A DNA stretch of 64,000 nucleotides. Origin: an uncultured Mycobacterium sp. GTDB lineage: Bacteria > Actinomycetota > Actinomycetes > Mycobacteriales > Mycobacteriaceae. The DNA is taken from contig CAZTAA010000012.1 of NCBI GenBank assembly GCA_964611465.1, positions 4,765 to 68,764 on the forward strand, given 5' to 3'. Both the position numbers and the translations under genes were made by a program. The notes under the pieces are model-generated. The model ran no database searches. It saw only the letters and a list, made by a program, of their open reading frames with translations, and was not told where the DNA came from. Of the stretch, positions 10,004 through 19,621 are shown in pieces (the stretch's first letter is position 1; every line of letters begins with the position of its first letter).

Positions 10004-10813
10004 GTGACGCTCACGCGCGATGCGGTGAAGCTCGACGGCCGGGTGGCGGTGGTCACCGGCGGAGGCGCCGGCATCGGCCGCGGAATCGCCGCGGGCCTGG
10101 CCGAGTTCGGCGCCCGCGTCGCGGTGTGGGAGCGCGACCATGCGTCCGCGGTCTCCTGCGCCGAGGAGATTGGCGGCCTGGCGTGCGTGACCGACGTGCG
10201 TGACGCGGCTCAAGTCGACGACGCGCTCGCCCGCACGACCGACGAACTGGGCACCCCGACGATCCTGGTCAACAACGCCGGCGGCACCTTCTATTCGGAA
10301 CTGCTCGAGACATCCGCCAACGGCTGGGACGCCCTGATCCGGTCCAACCTCACCCAGGTGTTGTTGTGCACCCAGCGGGTCGCGCGGGCGATGGTCGACG
10401 CGCGGTCCGCGGGCAGCATCATCAACGTCAGCTCGATCGAGGGCACCCGGGCCGCACCGGGCTACGCCGCCTACGCGGCCGCCAAGGCAGGTGTCCTCAA
10501 CCTCACCAAGACGGCGGCGCTCGAACTGGCGCCGCACGGCATCCGGGTGAACGCGCTGGCCCCGGATTTCACGATGACGGAGGGACTGGCCGCCCTGTCG
10601 CCCGACGGCGCCCGGCACGCGAGTCACATGGTTCCGCTGGGGCGTGCCGGTCATGTCGACGAGATGGCCGGCGCCGCAGTGTTTCTGGCGAGCGACCTGA
10701 GCTCCTACGTCACGGGGCAGACCCTGCATGTCGACGGGGGGACCGCCGCCGCCGGTGGGTGGTATCACCATCCGGGCGACGGGCATTACGTACTGGGTGC
10801 TGTGGTCTCCTGA
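10004..10813 (+). CDS. SDR oxidoreductase
   Basis: TGGGAGIG, NNAG, YAAAK; GTG start inferred. Confidence 0.9.
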   Translation: MTLTRDAVKLDGRVAVVTGGGAGIGRGIAAGLAEFGARVAVWERDHASAVSCAEEIGGLACVTDVRDAAQVDDALARTTDELGTPTILVNNAGGTFYSELLETSANGWDALIRSNLTQVLLCTQRVARAMVDARSAGSIINVSSIEGTRAAPGYAAYAAAKAGVLNLTKTAALELAPHGIRVNALAPDFTMTEGLAALSPDGARHASHMVPLGRAGHVDEMAGAAVFLASDLSSYVTGQTLHVDGGTAAAGGWYHHPGDGHYVLGAVVS

Positions 10814-10845
10814 GATTCCGCGCCAACATCCGAGCAAAATGCGCG

Positions 10846-10851
10846 TATGTT
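10846..10851 (+). promoter_or_regulatory. Probable -10 box TATGTT for a leaderless transcript
   Basis: TANNNT 6 nt before ATG 10858; overlapped by a CAACAT/ATGTTG inverted repeat. Confidence 0.45.
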
Positions 10852-10857
10852 GTTGGT

Positions 10858-11940
10858 ATGGAGTTGTGGACCTCGGAGGAAGCCGCACAGCACTGGGGTG
10901 TGACGCCCGCACGTGCTCGCGGCATCTTGGCCGACCGCCACATCGCTCGTATCTCGGGCTATCCCGCCGACGACGTCCGAGCCGTGCGGCGCCGCCAAGG
11001 TGCGCGCACCGATCTGGCATTCCCCGCCCGCGCTGCGTCACTGGCTGAGATCGCCACTGCTATCGCCGCCCGCGGTGACGACGCGACGCGATGGCGGATC
11101 TTTTTCGAATTCGTCAGAGGTGCCGACGAGTCGGGAGCGGCGGCACTTACGCTGACCTCGCGCGAGCCGCCACTGACGGGCGATATCCGGTTCGACGCTC
11201 TGCTGGCCGCCGCCGCCGAGCACATCGCTGCGCGCCGTGGGCGACCGGGGCCGCTGTGGACGCTCACCGTCGACCGGTTCTTGTCCCGCCCGTGGTGGAC
11301 CTCGCCATTGCCGTCGGCTCGCGCCGAGGCGGTGTTGTGGACGCCGGCGTCGTTTCGCCGTCGCGGCATCTATCTCGACCGCCATGACCTCGTCCAGGAC
11401 GGGGCCGAAGCCACCATGCCTGACCCGTTGTTCGACGCAGCCGATGTCCGACACGCCTTCACCGAATTGGGCGCGAAGCTGCAGCGGCGCAACATCGTCG
11501 GACAGGTCCACGTCTTCGGCGGGGCGGCAATGCTGCTGGCCTACAACCCCGAGCGTGCGGCCACCCGGGACATCGACGCTCTTTTCACCCCCGACGCGCC
11601 CATGATCACCGCGATCCGGGAGATCGCGGTGGAGCACGGTTGGCCATCCACATGGTTGAACAACCAAGCGGCCGCTTATGTCTCGCGCACCCCGGGTGAA
11701 GGTCAGCGCGTGTTCGACCATCCACATCTACAGGTGATGGTCACCCCACCCGATCACTTGCTGGCGATGAAGGTGCTGGCCGCGCGCGCTGTCCGCGACA
11801 GCGACGATCTAAAGGTGCTGTTCGACCACGTCGGTATCACGACGCCGAACGAAGTGTGGCCGATCGTCGAACGCTTCTTCCCTGGCACCGCCATCCCCGT
11901 GCGCGCTCGGGGATTGGTGGAGGACCTGCTCGAGGATTGA
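10858..11940 (+). CDS. HTH + unknown domain + DNA-polymerase-beta-like nucleotidyltransferase (DUF6036/MenT-like), one 360-aa ORF
   Basis: N-terminal WTSEEAAQHWGVTPARAR; C-terminal FGGAAM...TRDIDAL and LLAMKVLAAR..RDSDDL; internal ATG at 11416; no stop between the halves. Confidence 0.75.
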   Translation: MELWTSEEAAQHWGVTPARARGILADRHIARISGYPADDVRAVRRRQGARTDLAFPARAASLAEIATAIAARGDDATRWRIFFEFVRGADESGAAALTLTSREPPLTGDIRFDALLAAAAEHIAARRGRPGPLWTLTVDRFLSRPWWTSPLPSARAEAVLWTPASFRRRGIYLDRHDLVQDGAEATMPDPLFDAADVRHAFTELGAKLQRRNIVGQVHVFGGAAMLLAYNPERAATRDIDALFTPDAPMITAIREIAVEHGWPSTWLNNQAAAYVSRTPGEGQRVFDHPHLQVMVTPPDHLLAMKVLAARAVRDSDDLKVLFDHVGITTPNEVWPIVERFFPGTAIPVRARGLVEDLLED

Positions 11941-11947
11941 CAAGCCG

Positions 11948-12079
11948 CAGCACAGCATCGGCCTGCGGGTCACCGGGGCGCCGCTGGTCAACGCCATTCC
12001 GGCGGTGTGCGCCGCCGCACCGGGAATCGCCACCTACGCCGACCTGCCGCTGATCACCGCGCCCCTGCCGAGCCGATAG
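11948..12079 (+). pseudogene. 3' remnant of a DapB-like (NAD(P)H amine dehydrogenase family) gene
   Basis: Reads ...[41 protein letters not shown]; no start codon or N-terminal domain. Confidence 0.6.
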
Positions 12080-12089
12080 GGTTTGTCCC

Positions 12090-13358
12090 GTGCGCGTCCT
12101 CGTGATCGGCTCCGGTGCCCGTGAACATGCCCTGCTCCTGGCACTGCGCCGGGACCCCGGCGTCGAGGCGCTGGCCGTCGCGCCCGGCAACGCCGGCACC
12201 GCGCTGATCGCCGAGCAGCACCACGTCGACGCGACGTCGGGCGAAGCCGTCGTCGCACTGGCCCGGCGGTTCGGCGCCGACCTCGTGGTCATCGGCCCGG
12301 AAGTGCCCCTGGTGCTCGGGGTGGCCGACGCGGTGCGGGCCGCCGGTATCGCCTGCTTCGGGCCGTCCAAGGACGCTGCTCGCATCGAAGGCTCCAAGGC
12401 TTTCGCGAAGGACGTGATGGCCGCGGTCGGGGTGCGGACCGCCGGCAGCGAGACCGTCGACAATCCCGCGCGCCTGGACGCCGCCCTGGACCGGTTCGGA
12501 CCGCCGGCCGGCCAACGGGCCTGGGTGGTCAAGGACGACGGCCTGGCCGCGGGCAAGGGCGTCGTCGTCACCGCCGACCGCGACGCCGCGCGCGCGCACG
12601 CCGCCGAACTGCTCGAGAGCGGCCATCCGGTGCTGCTCGAGTCGTTCCTGGACGGCCCCGAGGTGTCACTGTTCTGCGTCGTCGACGGGGAGACCGTGGT
12701 GCCGCTGTTGCCCGCACAGGACTTCAAGCGGGTCGGCGACGGCGACACCGGACCCAACACCGGCGGCATGGGCGCATACGCGCCGCTGCCCTGGCTGCCG
12801 GACGACGTCGTCACCGTGATCGTCGACGATGTGGTGAAACCCGTTGCCGCGGAGATGGTTCGGCGCGGCTGCCCCTTCACCGGGCTGCTCTACGCGGGCC
12901 TGGCGATCACCTCCGCCGGGCCCTCGGTGGTGGAGTTCAACTGCCGGTTCGGCGACCCGGAGACCCAGGCGGTGCTTGCCCTGCTGGAGACCCCACTCGG
13001 GGGACTGCTCAACGCCGCCGCCACCGGCACGCTGGCCGACGCCGGCCCGCTGCGCTGGCAGCCCGGCGCCGCGGTCACCGTCGTGATCGCCGCCGAGAAC
13101 TATCCCGGCAAGCCGCGGACCGGCGACGTCATCGGCGGCTCCGAGGCGCCGGGTGTCCTGCACGCCGGCACCGCCCGCCGCGACGACGGCGCCGTGGTGT
13201 CCTCGGGCGGCCGGGTGCTCTCGGTGGTCGGCACGGGTCCCGACCTGGCCGCCGCGCGCGCGGCCGCCTATGCCACCGTCGCCTCGGTTCACCTGCCGGG
13301 CAGTCACTTTCGCTCCGATATCGCACTGGCCGCCGAGCGCGGCGACATCACGCTCTGA
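12090..13358 (+). CDS. purD: Phosphoribosylamine-glycine ligase
   Basis: [56 protein letters not shown]. Confidence 0.98.
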   Translation: MRVLVIGSGAREHALLLALRRDPGVEALAVAPGNAGTALIAEQHHVDATSGEAVVALARRFGADLVVIGPEVPLVLGVADAVRAAGIACFGPSKDAARIEGSKAFAKDVMAAVGVRTAGSETVDNPARLDAALDRFGPPAGQRAWVVKDDGLAAGKGVVVTADRDAARAHAAELLESGHPVLLESFLDGPEVSLFCVVDGETVVPLLPAQDFKRVGDGDTGPNTGGMGAYAPLPWLPDDVVTVIVDDVVKPVAAEMVRRGCPFTGLLYAGLAITSAGPSVVEFNCRFGDPETQAVLALLETPLGGLLNAAATGTLADAGPLRWQPGAAVTVVIAAENYPGKPRTGDVIGGSEAPGVLHAGTARRDDGAVVSSGGRVLSVVGTGPDLAAARAAAYATVASVHLPGSHFRSDIALAAERGDITL

Positions 13359-13440
13359 CCGGTTCGGCCGTTCCGGTTCACCGGTTTGCCGAATCACTTA
13401 CAGTTGACCCATCGATTCATCTGGCGATGGGAGTCTGGCG

Positions 13441-14202
13441 GTGTCCGAGCGAGTCGCGGTGGTTGTCGGGGGTGCTTCCGGGATCGGGCAGGCGGTCGCC
13501 GGTGGCCTGGCCGCCGACGGGTACCGCGTCGTCGTCGCCGACCGCAACGCCGAGGGTGCCGCGGCCCGCGCGGCCGAGCTGGGGCCGCCGGCCACCTCGG
13601 CCGCCGTCGACGTCACCGACGAGGACACCGTCGCCGCGTTGTTCGAGCACACCGGGCCGGTCGACGTCGTGGTCAACACGGCCGGCTTCGGCGATTTCGG
13701 CCGCATCGTCGACCTGGAGGCCGAGCGGTTCCGCGCGGTCGTGGACTGCTGCCTGACGGGTTCGTTCCTGGTGATGAAGCATGCCGGCCGGCAACTGCGC
13801 GACGGCGGATCCCTGGTGTCGATCACCTCACTGAACGCGCGGCTGGCCGCCCCCGGAATGAGCGCCTACTGCTCGGCCAAGGCCGGGCTGGCTATGCTGA
13901 CCCAGGTGGCGGCGCTGGAGTTCGCGCCGCGCGGTATCCGCGTCAACGCGGTGTCGCCGGGATTTGTGCACACCCCGCTGACCGAGTTGGTGACCCTGGC
14001 GCCCGGTGTGCTGGAGGACTACGTCGACAACACGCCGCTGGGCCGGGTCGGCACCGCGCAGGACGTCGCCCACGCCGTGCTGTACCTGTGTTCGGACAAG
14101 GCGTCCTGGATGACCGGCGAGGTGATCGACCTCAACGGCGGCGCCCACCTCAAGCGCTACCCCGACGTGCTCGGTCACGTGGAGCGGATGGCCCAGGGGT
14201 GA
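13441..14202 (+). CDS. SDR oxidoreductase
   Basis: GGASGIG, NTAG, YCSAK. Confidence 0.9.
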   Translation: MSERVAVVVGGASGIGQAVAGGLAADGYRVVVADRNAEGAAARAAELGPPATSAAVDVTDEDTVAALFEHTGPVDVVVNTAGFGDFGRIVDLEAERFRAVVDCCLTGSFLVMKHAGRQLRDGGSLVSITSLNARLAAPGMSAYCSAKAGLAMLTQVAALEFAPRGIRVNAVSPGFVHTPLTELVTLAPGVLEDYVDNTPLGRVGTAQDVAHAVLYLCSDKASWMTGEVIDLNGGAHLKRYPDVLGHVERMAQG

Positions 14203-15026
14203 ATTTCGCGGGCCGACAGGCGATCGTCACCGGCGCCGGATCCGGTATCGGTGCCGCGCTGTGCCGGGCACTGGCGGCCGACGGCGCACACGTGCTGTGC
14301 ACCGACGTCGACGGCGCGGCCGCCGAACGCACCGCCGCGGCGCTGGGAAGCAACGCGCGGGCGGCCCGGCTGGACGTCACCGACGCCGCGGCCGTGCAGG
14401 GCGCCGTCGACGACGTGGTCGGGCGCGCGGGCCGGCTGGATCTGATGTTCAACAACGCCGGCATCACCTGGGCCGCCGACACCCAGTTGCTCACGCTGGA
14501 GCACTGGAACGCGATCATCGACGTCAACATCCGCGGCGTGGTGCACGGCGTCGCCGCGGCCTATCCGCAGATGATCCGGCAGGGCGGCGGCTTCATCGTC
14601 AACACCGCGTCGATGGCCGGGCTGGCCGCGGCCGGTCAGATCACCAGCTATGTGATGTCCAAGCACGCCGTGGTCGGGCTCTCGCTGGCGCTGCGCTCGG
14701 AAGCCGCCGCGCACAACGTCGGCGTGCTCGCGGTCTGCCCGGCCGCCGTGGAAACCCCGATCCTGGACAAGGGCCTCATCACCGGTATCAACGGTCGCGA
14801 GTTCTACCGAATGGGCCAGCGCAGCAAGGACTTCTACGATCCCGACCGGCTGGCCGCGGACACCCTGCGCGCGATCGGACGCAACAAGGCGATCCTGGTG
14901 GCGCCGCGGAAGGCCTATGCCGGCTGGCTGCTGGCCCGGTACGCACCCGGGGTGATGAACCGGATGGCCATCCGGTTCGTGGACAAACAACGTGCGTCCC
15001 AGAAACCCGAAAGGCAGCCACGATGA
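14199..15026 (+). CDS. SDR oxidoreductase
   Basis: GTGA overlap start; TGAGSGIG, NNAG, YVMSK. Confidence 0.9.
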   Translation: MNFAGRQAIVTGAGSGIGAALCRALAADGAHVLCTDVDGAAAERTAAALGSNARAARLDVTDAAAVQGAVDDVVGRAGRLDLMFNNAGITWAADTQLLTLEHWNAIIDVNIRGVVHGVAAAYPQMIRQGGGFIVNTASMAGLAAAGQITSYVMSKHAVVGLSLALRSEAAAHNVGVLAVCPAAVETPILDKGLITGINGREFYRMGQRSKDFYDPDRLAADTLRAIGRNKAILVAPRKAYAGWLLARYAPGVMNRMAIRFVDKQRASQKPERQPR

Positions 15027-16375
15027 TGCGCACCTATCCGCGCACCGCCATCATCGGCGCCGGCATCAGCGGCCTGACCGCCGGCAAGATGCTCAAGGAC
15101 TACGGCGTTCCGTACACGACCTTCGAACTGTCCGACCGGATCGGCGGCAACTGGGCGTTCGAGAACCCCAACGGACTCAGCAGCGCCTACCGGTCACTGC
15201 ACATCGACACCTCCAAACATCGCCTGGCGTTCAAGGACTTTCCCATTCCGGACGAGTTCCCGGCCTTTCCGCACCACTCCGACATCAAGCGCTACCTCGA
15301 CGACTACGCCGACGCTTTCGACCTGCTGGACAACATCGAGTTCGGCAACGGCGTCGTACACGCCCGCCGGGCCGGCGCGGGTTGGGAGATCGAGGACCAG
15401 GCCGGCGCGGTGCGCGAGTTCGACCTGCTGGTGGTCGGCAACGGACACCACTGGGACGCCCGGATGCCGGACTTCCCCGGCACGTTCACCGGCGAGGTGA
15501 TCCACTCCCACCACTACATCGACCCGCACACCCCGCTCGAGCTGACCGGCAAGCGCATCCTGGTGGTCGGCATCGGCAACAGCGCCGCCGACATCACCGT
15601 CGAACTGTCATCGAAGACACTGCAGAACACCGTCACGCTGTCGACCCGGTCGAGCGCGTGGATCGTGCCGAAGTTCATCGCCGGCCAGCCGGGCGACAAG
15701 CTGTTCAAGACGTCGCCGCACATCCCGTTGTCGTGGCAGCGCAAGGCTATTCAGTTCATCGCGCCCTATCTGGGCACTGACCCCACTAGCTACGGCCTGC
15801 CGCCGGCCAACCACAAACTGTTCGAGGCGCATCCGACCCAGTCGGTGGAGCTGCCGTTGCGCCTCGGTTCCGGTGACGTCATCCCCAAGCCGAACGTCGC
15901 CCGGCTCGACGGCGACACCGTGCACTTCGACGACGGGACCAGTGGTGTCTTCGACGCAATCATCTACGCCACGGGGTACAACATCACCTTCCCGTTCTTC
16001 GACCCGGACTTTCTCAGCGCACCCGGCAATCAGATTCGGCTGTACAAGCGGATGTTCCACCCCGGTATCGACAATCTGGTGTTCATCGGCTTCGCGCAGG
16101 CGATCCCGACGCTGTTCCCGTTCGTGGAGTGCCAGACCCGGGTGCTGGCCGCCTATGCCGTGGGACGCTACGCGCTCCCGCCGGTCGACGAGATGCAGCG
16201 GGTGATCGACGCCGACCAGAAACTGCACTCCGGGCACTGCACCGACCGGCCGCGGCACACCCAGCAGGTGGACTACTTCTACTACGAGCACGACATCCGC
16301 ACCAAGGAGATTCCCGCGGGCATCCGGCGGGCCGCACAGCGGCCGCGCCCCGCGGTGACCGCGGGAGCGAAATGA
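15023..16375 (+). CDS. Flavin-containing monooxygenase (FMO-type class B)
   Basis: GAGISG, FTGEVIHSHHY fingerprint, GIGNSA, YATGY. Confidence 0.9.
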   Translation: MMRTYPRTAIIGAGISGLTAGKMLKDYGVPYTTFELSDRIGGNWAFENPNGLSSAYRSLHIDTSKHRLAFKDFPIPDEFPAFPHHSDIKRYLDDYADAFDLLDNIEFGNGVVHARRAGAGWEIEDQAGAVREFDLLVVGNGHHWDARMPDFPGTFTGEVIHSHHYIDPHTPLELTGKRILVVGIGNSAADITVELSSKTLQNTVTLSTRSSAWIVPKFIAGQPGDKLFKTSPHIPLSWQRKAIQFIAPYLGTDPTSYGLPPANHKLFEAHPTQSVELPLRLGSGDVIPKPNVARLDGDTVHFDDGTSGVFDAIIYATGYNITFPFFDPDFLSAPGNQIRLYKRMFHPGIDNLVFIGFAQAIPTLFPFVECQTRVLAAYAVGRYALPPVDEMQRVIDADQKLHSGHCTDRPRHTQQVDYFYYEHDIRTKEIPAGIRRAAQRPRPAVTAGAK

Positions 16376-17259
16376 GCTATCGCGAAACGACATTCAACTC
16401 CGGCGGCACTTCGTGTAGCGCGTGGCACTTCACCGGTGACGGTCCCGGCCCGCGTCCGGTGGTGGTGATGGCGCACGGCTTCGCCGGCACCAAGGACTCC
16501 GGTCTGGCACCGTTCGCCGAACGGTTCGCCGACGCGGGATTCGACGTGCTGGCCTTCGACTACCGCGGCTTCGGCGCTTCGGAAGGGCAACCCCGGCAGA
16601 GCATTTCGATCACCCGGCAGTTGCAGGACTATGACGCGGCCATCGCTGCGGCCAAACGCCTGCCCGACGTCGACCCGGACCGGATCGTGTTGTGGGGCGT
16701 GTCGCTGTCCGGTGGGCACGTGATCCGGGTGGCCGCCGACCGCGGCGACGTAAAAGCGGTGATCGCGCTGACGCCGTTGACCGACGCGGTCGCGACCGCA
16801 CGCGGCGTCCTCAAGCAGTACAGCCTTGCCGCGGCCGGGCGGGCCACCGTCGACGGGGTGGCCAGCCGGGTGGTCGTCGCCCGCGGCGGGACGCCGGTGA
16901 TGATGCCCGTGGTGGGCCGCCCGGGTGAGCCGGGCGGTCTGACGCTCGACGGCGCCTACGAGAACTACCATGCGATCGCCGGGCCGACCTGGCGCAACGA
17001 AGTCGACTCGGCGGTCGGCCAGGAGTTGATGAAGATCAAGACCAAGCCGTATGCCAAGCGGCTGAAACCCTCACTGCTGGTGCAGATCGCCGACTTCGAC
17101 AGCTATGTGCCGGCCGATGCGGTCGCTCGCACCGCCGAGTACGGCCGAGGCTGGGTGCACCACTACCCGTGCGATCACTTCGACGTCTGGCCCGGGCTGG
17201 AGTGGTTCGATCGGGCCGTCGGCGATCAGGTCTCGTTCCTGCGCAAGGTGTTCGGGTAG
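16372..17259 (+). CDS. Alpha/beta hydrolase
   Basis: AHGF, FDYRGFG, GVSLSGG nucleophile elbow, C-terminal Asp/His. Confidence 0.88.
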   Translation: MSYRETTFNSGGTSCSAWHFTGDGPGPRPVVVMAHGFAGTKDSGLAPFAERFADAGFDVLAFDYRGFGASEGQPRQSISITRQLQDYDAAIAAAKRLPDVDPDRIVLWGVSLSGGHVIRVAADRGDVKAVIALTPLTDAVATARGVLKQYSLAAAGRATVDGVASRVVVARGGTPVMMPVVGRPGEPGGLTLDGAYENYHAIAGPTWRNEVDSAVGQELMKIKTKPYAKRLKPSLLVQIADFDSYVPADAVARTAEYGRGWVHHYPCDHFDVWPGLEWFDRAVGDQVSFLRKVFG

Positions 17260-18701
17260 AGTCCGGTCACCGCGTCGAGACGTACCTTCATGGCCGCGTT
17301 GCGGGGCAGCTCGTCGAGGATCGCGACGGCGACCGGAACTGCCTGTGCGGGAAGGACTTCCCGTACCGCGGACTTGAGCGCCTCCTCGGTGACCGTGGAA
17401 CCCGGGAGAAGCTCGACCGCGGCGAACGGCACCTGCCCGACCCGCTCGTCGGGCACCGCGACCACACACGCGTCGTGCACCGCCGGATGGGCGAGGAGCG
17501 CGGTGCGCACCCGTTCCGGCAGCACCTTGAATCCGCCGCGGTTGATCGCGCCGTCGGCACGACCGTGGATCGAGACGATGCCGTCGGCATCGACCGAGGC
17601 GATGTCGGTGGTGGTCAACCACCGCGGCCCGAGAATCTCGACGCGCGCCGACAACAGGCCGTGCTCACCCGTCGGCACCTCGATATGGCTGTCCGGGTCG
17701 ACGATACGCACCTCGACCCCGGGGAGCGGCCGGCCGACGGTACCGGGCCGGACACCGAACTGCTCGCGCAGCGCGGGCGTCCACGCGCACACCGTTCCCG
17801 CGAATTCCGTTGCGCCGTAACCCCACAGCAGCGGGATACCGTAGCGGGTTTCGAACTCGGCCTGCAGCTCGGGCTCCAGCGGACCACCGCCACCGGACAG
17901 GTACTCCAGCGAGGCCAGCTCGTCGGGCGGGACATCGGCGGCCAGGATCATCCGGAGGATCGTCGGTTGCGCTCCGGCCCAACGGATCCGGTACTCGCGC
18001 ACCGCACGCACCCAGTCCTCGACGGTGAACTTCTCCAACAGCACGATCCGCTGTCCGCTGTAGGCGCCGGCGAGCAGTTGGCACACTCCCACGCTGCCGA
18101 ACGGCCAGAACACCAGCGCGGGAGGATCGCCCGGTGCCGGGGCGCTGCCCAGCGTCATGCTGAGCACGGTGTGCCGTAGCACCGCGGTGGGCAGGTGCAC
18201 CCGCCTCGGTGGCCCGGTGGTGCCGCTGCTCAGAATGTCCAGGCCCGGATCGGCCACGGCCGGCAGGCCGGTGCGCGGTGCGGCTAGCGCGGGCCCGCCG
18301 GACCCGAGCACTACGCCGGCAGCGCCCACCCGTTCGGCTGCCGCGGCGACCTCCGGTGTCCAGTCCTGCGGATCGGCGAGAACCGCTGCGGGACCGATGC
18401 TTTCGATGTCCGCGGCGATCGCGGTCGGTGCCTGGTAGGAGTAGACCATCGACACGGGCCGACGGGTCGCGATGAACCCGAGAATGGCGGCCGCATGCGG
18501 GATGCGGTTGCGGACCACCAGGGCGACCGGCTCGGTCGGCCCGACACCCCGCAGGATCTCTTCGATGGCCGCGTGGTAGCCGGTGATCTGGTCTCCGGAG
18601 TACCAGGTGCCGTTGAACTCGATGCACGGCCGCGCGCCGTATCCCGCCAGCCGTGCCGCCAGCTGACCGGCGAACTCAGTACTGCGAGGATCCGAGGTCA
18701 A
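17226..18701 (-). CDS. Acyl-CoA synthetase/AMP-binding protein
   Basis: SSGTTGPPRR, YGATE, TTD, GRAD, PRNAAMK; start uncertain (TTG inside the neighbouring gene). Confidence 0.8.
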   Translation of the reverse strand: MTSDPRSTEFAGQLAARLAGYGARPCIEFNGTWYSGDQITGYHAAIEEILRGVGPTEPVALVVRNRIPHAAAILGFIATRRPVSMVYSYQAPTAIAADIESIGPAAVLADPQDWTPEVAAAAERVGAAGVVLGSGGPALAAPRTGLPAVADPGLDILSSGTTGPPRRVHLPTAVLRHTVLSMTLGSAPAPGDPPALVFWPFGSVGVCQLLAGAYSGQRIVLLEKFTVEDWVRAVREYRIRWAGAQPTILRMILAADVPPDELASLEYLSGGGGPLEPELQAEFETRYGIPLLWGYGATEFAGTVCAWTPALREQFGVRPGTVGRPLPGVEVRIVDPDSHIEVPTGEHGLLSARVEILGPRWLTTTDIASVDADGIVSIHGRADGAINRGGFKVLPERVRTALLAHPAVHDACVVAVPDERVGQVPFAAVELLPGSTVTEEALKSAVREVLPAQAVPVAVAILDELPRNAAMKVRLDAVTGLYPNTLRRNET

Positions 18702-19497
18702 CCGAAATCGCCGCCGCGGTGATGCATTTGGCTTCGTCGGACGCCAGCCAGCAGACGGTGTCGGCGATGTCCTCCGCCATGGACACGTACGGCGGCATCA
18801 CCGGCGTGCCCATGTGGGCCAGTTGCGTGTTGGTCTCACCGGCGCGCTGCAGGGCGCCCAGCATGTCGCCGGTGCCCATGTCGGTGGCGACCGGGCCCGG
18901 ATGCACGCTGTTGACCCGGATCGAGTGCCGGCCGAGTTCGGCGGCCAGCCCGCGGGCCATCCCGAGCACCGCATGCTTGCTGGCCGTGTAGTGGATCATG
19001 AACGGCTGCATGCTGATTCCGGCTGCGGAGCTGATCAGGATGATCGAGCCGCCGCGCCCGCCGTCGATGATGTGCGGCGCGCCGGCCGTCACCGCGTTCC
19101 AAGTGCCGGTCACGTTGGTGTCCAGCACGTCGCGGAAGTCCTCGACAGCGATCTGGTCCCAGGGCTGGGGGGCGGTGATACCGGCGTTGGCGACGATGAT
19201 GTCGAGGCGGCCCAGTTCGGTCACCGCGGTGTCCACCGCCTCCGTCAGTTCGGTGGCGTCGCGGGTGTTGACGACGTAGGGCAGGATGCGCCTGCCGGTG
19301 GCCTCGACCAGGCGGACCGTCTCGTCGAGGTCCTCCTTGCTGGCCGGGTTGTACGGCACGCACGTCGGCAGCGGCCCGCAGATGTCGACGGCGATGATGT
19401 CCGCACCCTCGGAGGCCATCTTGACGGCATGTGCGCGGCCCTGGCCGCGGGCGGCTCCCGTGATGAACGCGACCCGGTCGGTCAGTCGGTCGGACAT
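18676..19497 (-). CDS. Mycofactocin-coupled-type SDR
   Basis: FITGAARGQGRAHAV..GADIIAVDIC insertion; HYTASKH. Confidence 0.85.
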   Translation of the reverse strand: MSDRLTDRVAFITGAARGQGRAHAVKMASEGADIIAVDICGPLPTCVPYNPASKEDLDETVRLVEATGRRILPYVVNTRDATELTEAVDTAVTELGRLDIIVANAGITAPQPWDQIAVEDFRDVLDTNVTGTWNAVTAGAPHIIDGGRGGSIILISSAAGISMQPFMIHYTASKHAVLGMARGLAAELGRHSIRVNSVHPGPVATDMGTGDMLGALQRAGETNTQLAHMGTPVMPPYVSMAEDIADTVCWLASDEAKCITAAAISVDLGSSQY

Positions 19498-19566
19498 GCG
19501 TCTCCTCACGCTATTGTCGGTGAAACTGTAATGCCGTCGATAGTAGCGGCCGCCGCCGTCCCGAGT

Positions 19567-19615
19567 GATTTCGGTGCATGAGCCGTCGGTCAGCGACGGG
19601 AATTGCACCGAAATC
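19567..19615. repeat. REP-like hairpin, possible terminator of the ACAD gene
   Basis: GATTTCGGTGCA/TGCACCGAAATC 12-bp stem plus inner CCGTCG/CGACGG. Confidence 0.6.
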
Positions 19616-19621
19616 GCGTGG

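Noticed and set aside
10366-10857. N-terminal extension of the NTase ORF to 524 aa
   Set aside because: It overlaps the SDR in another frame and has low-complexity composition; a -10 box points to ATG 10858
13386-16375. Apparent long ORFs 13386-15026 and 14261-16375
   Set aside because: They are off-frame run-ons in front of the true SDR (14199) and FMO (15023) starts, which form 4-nt overlaps
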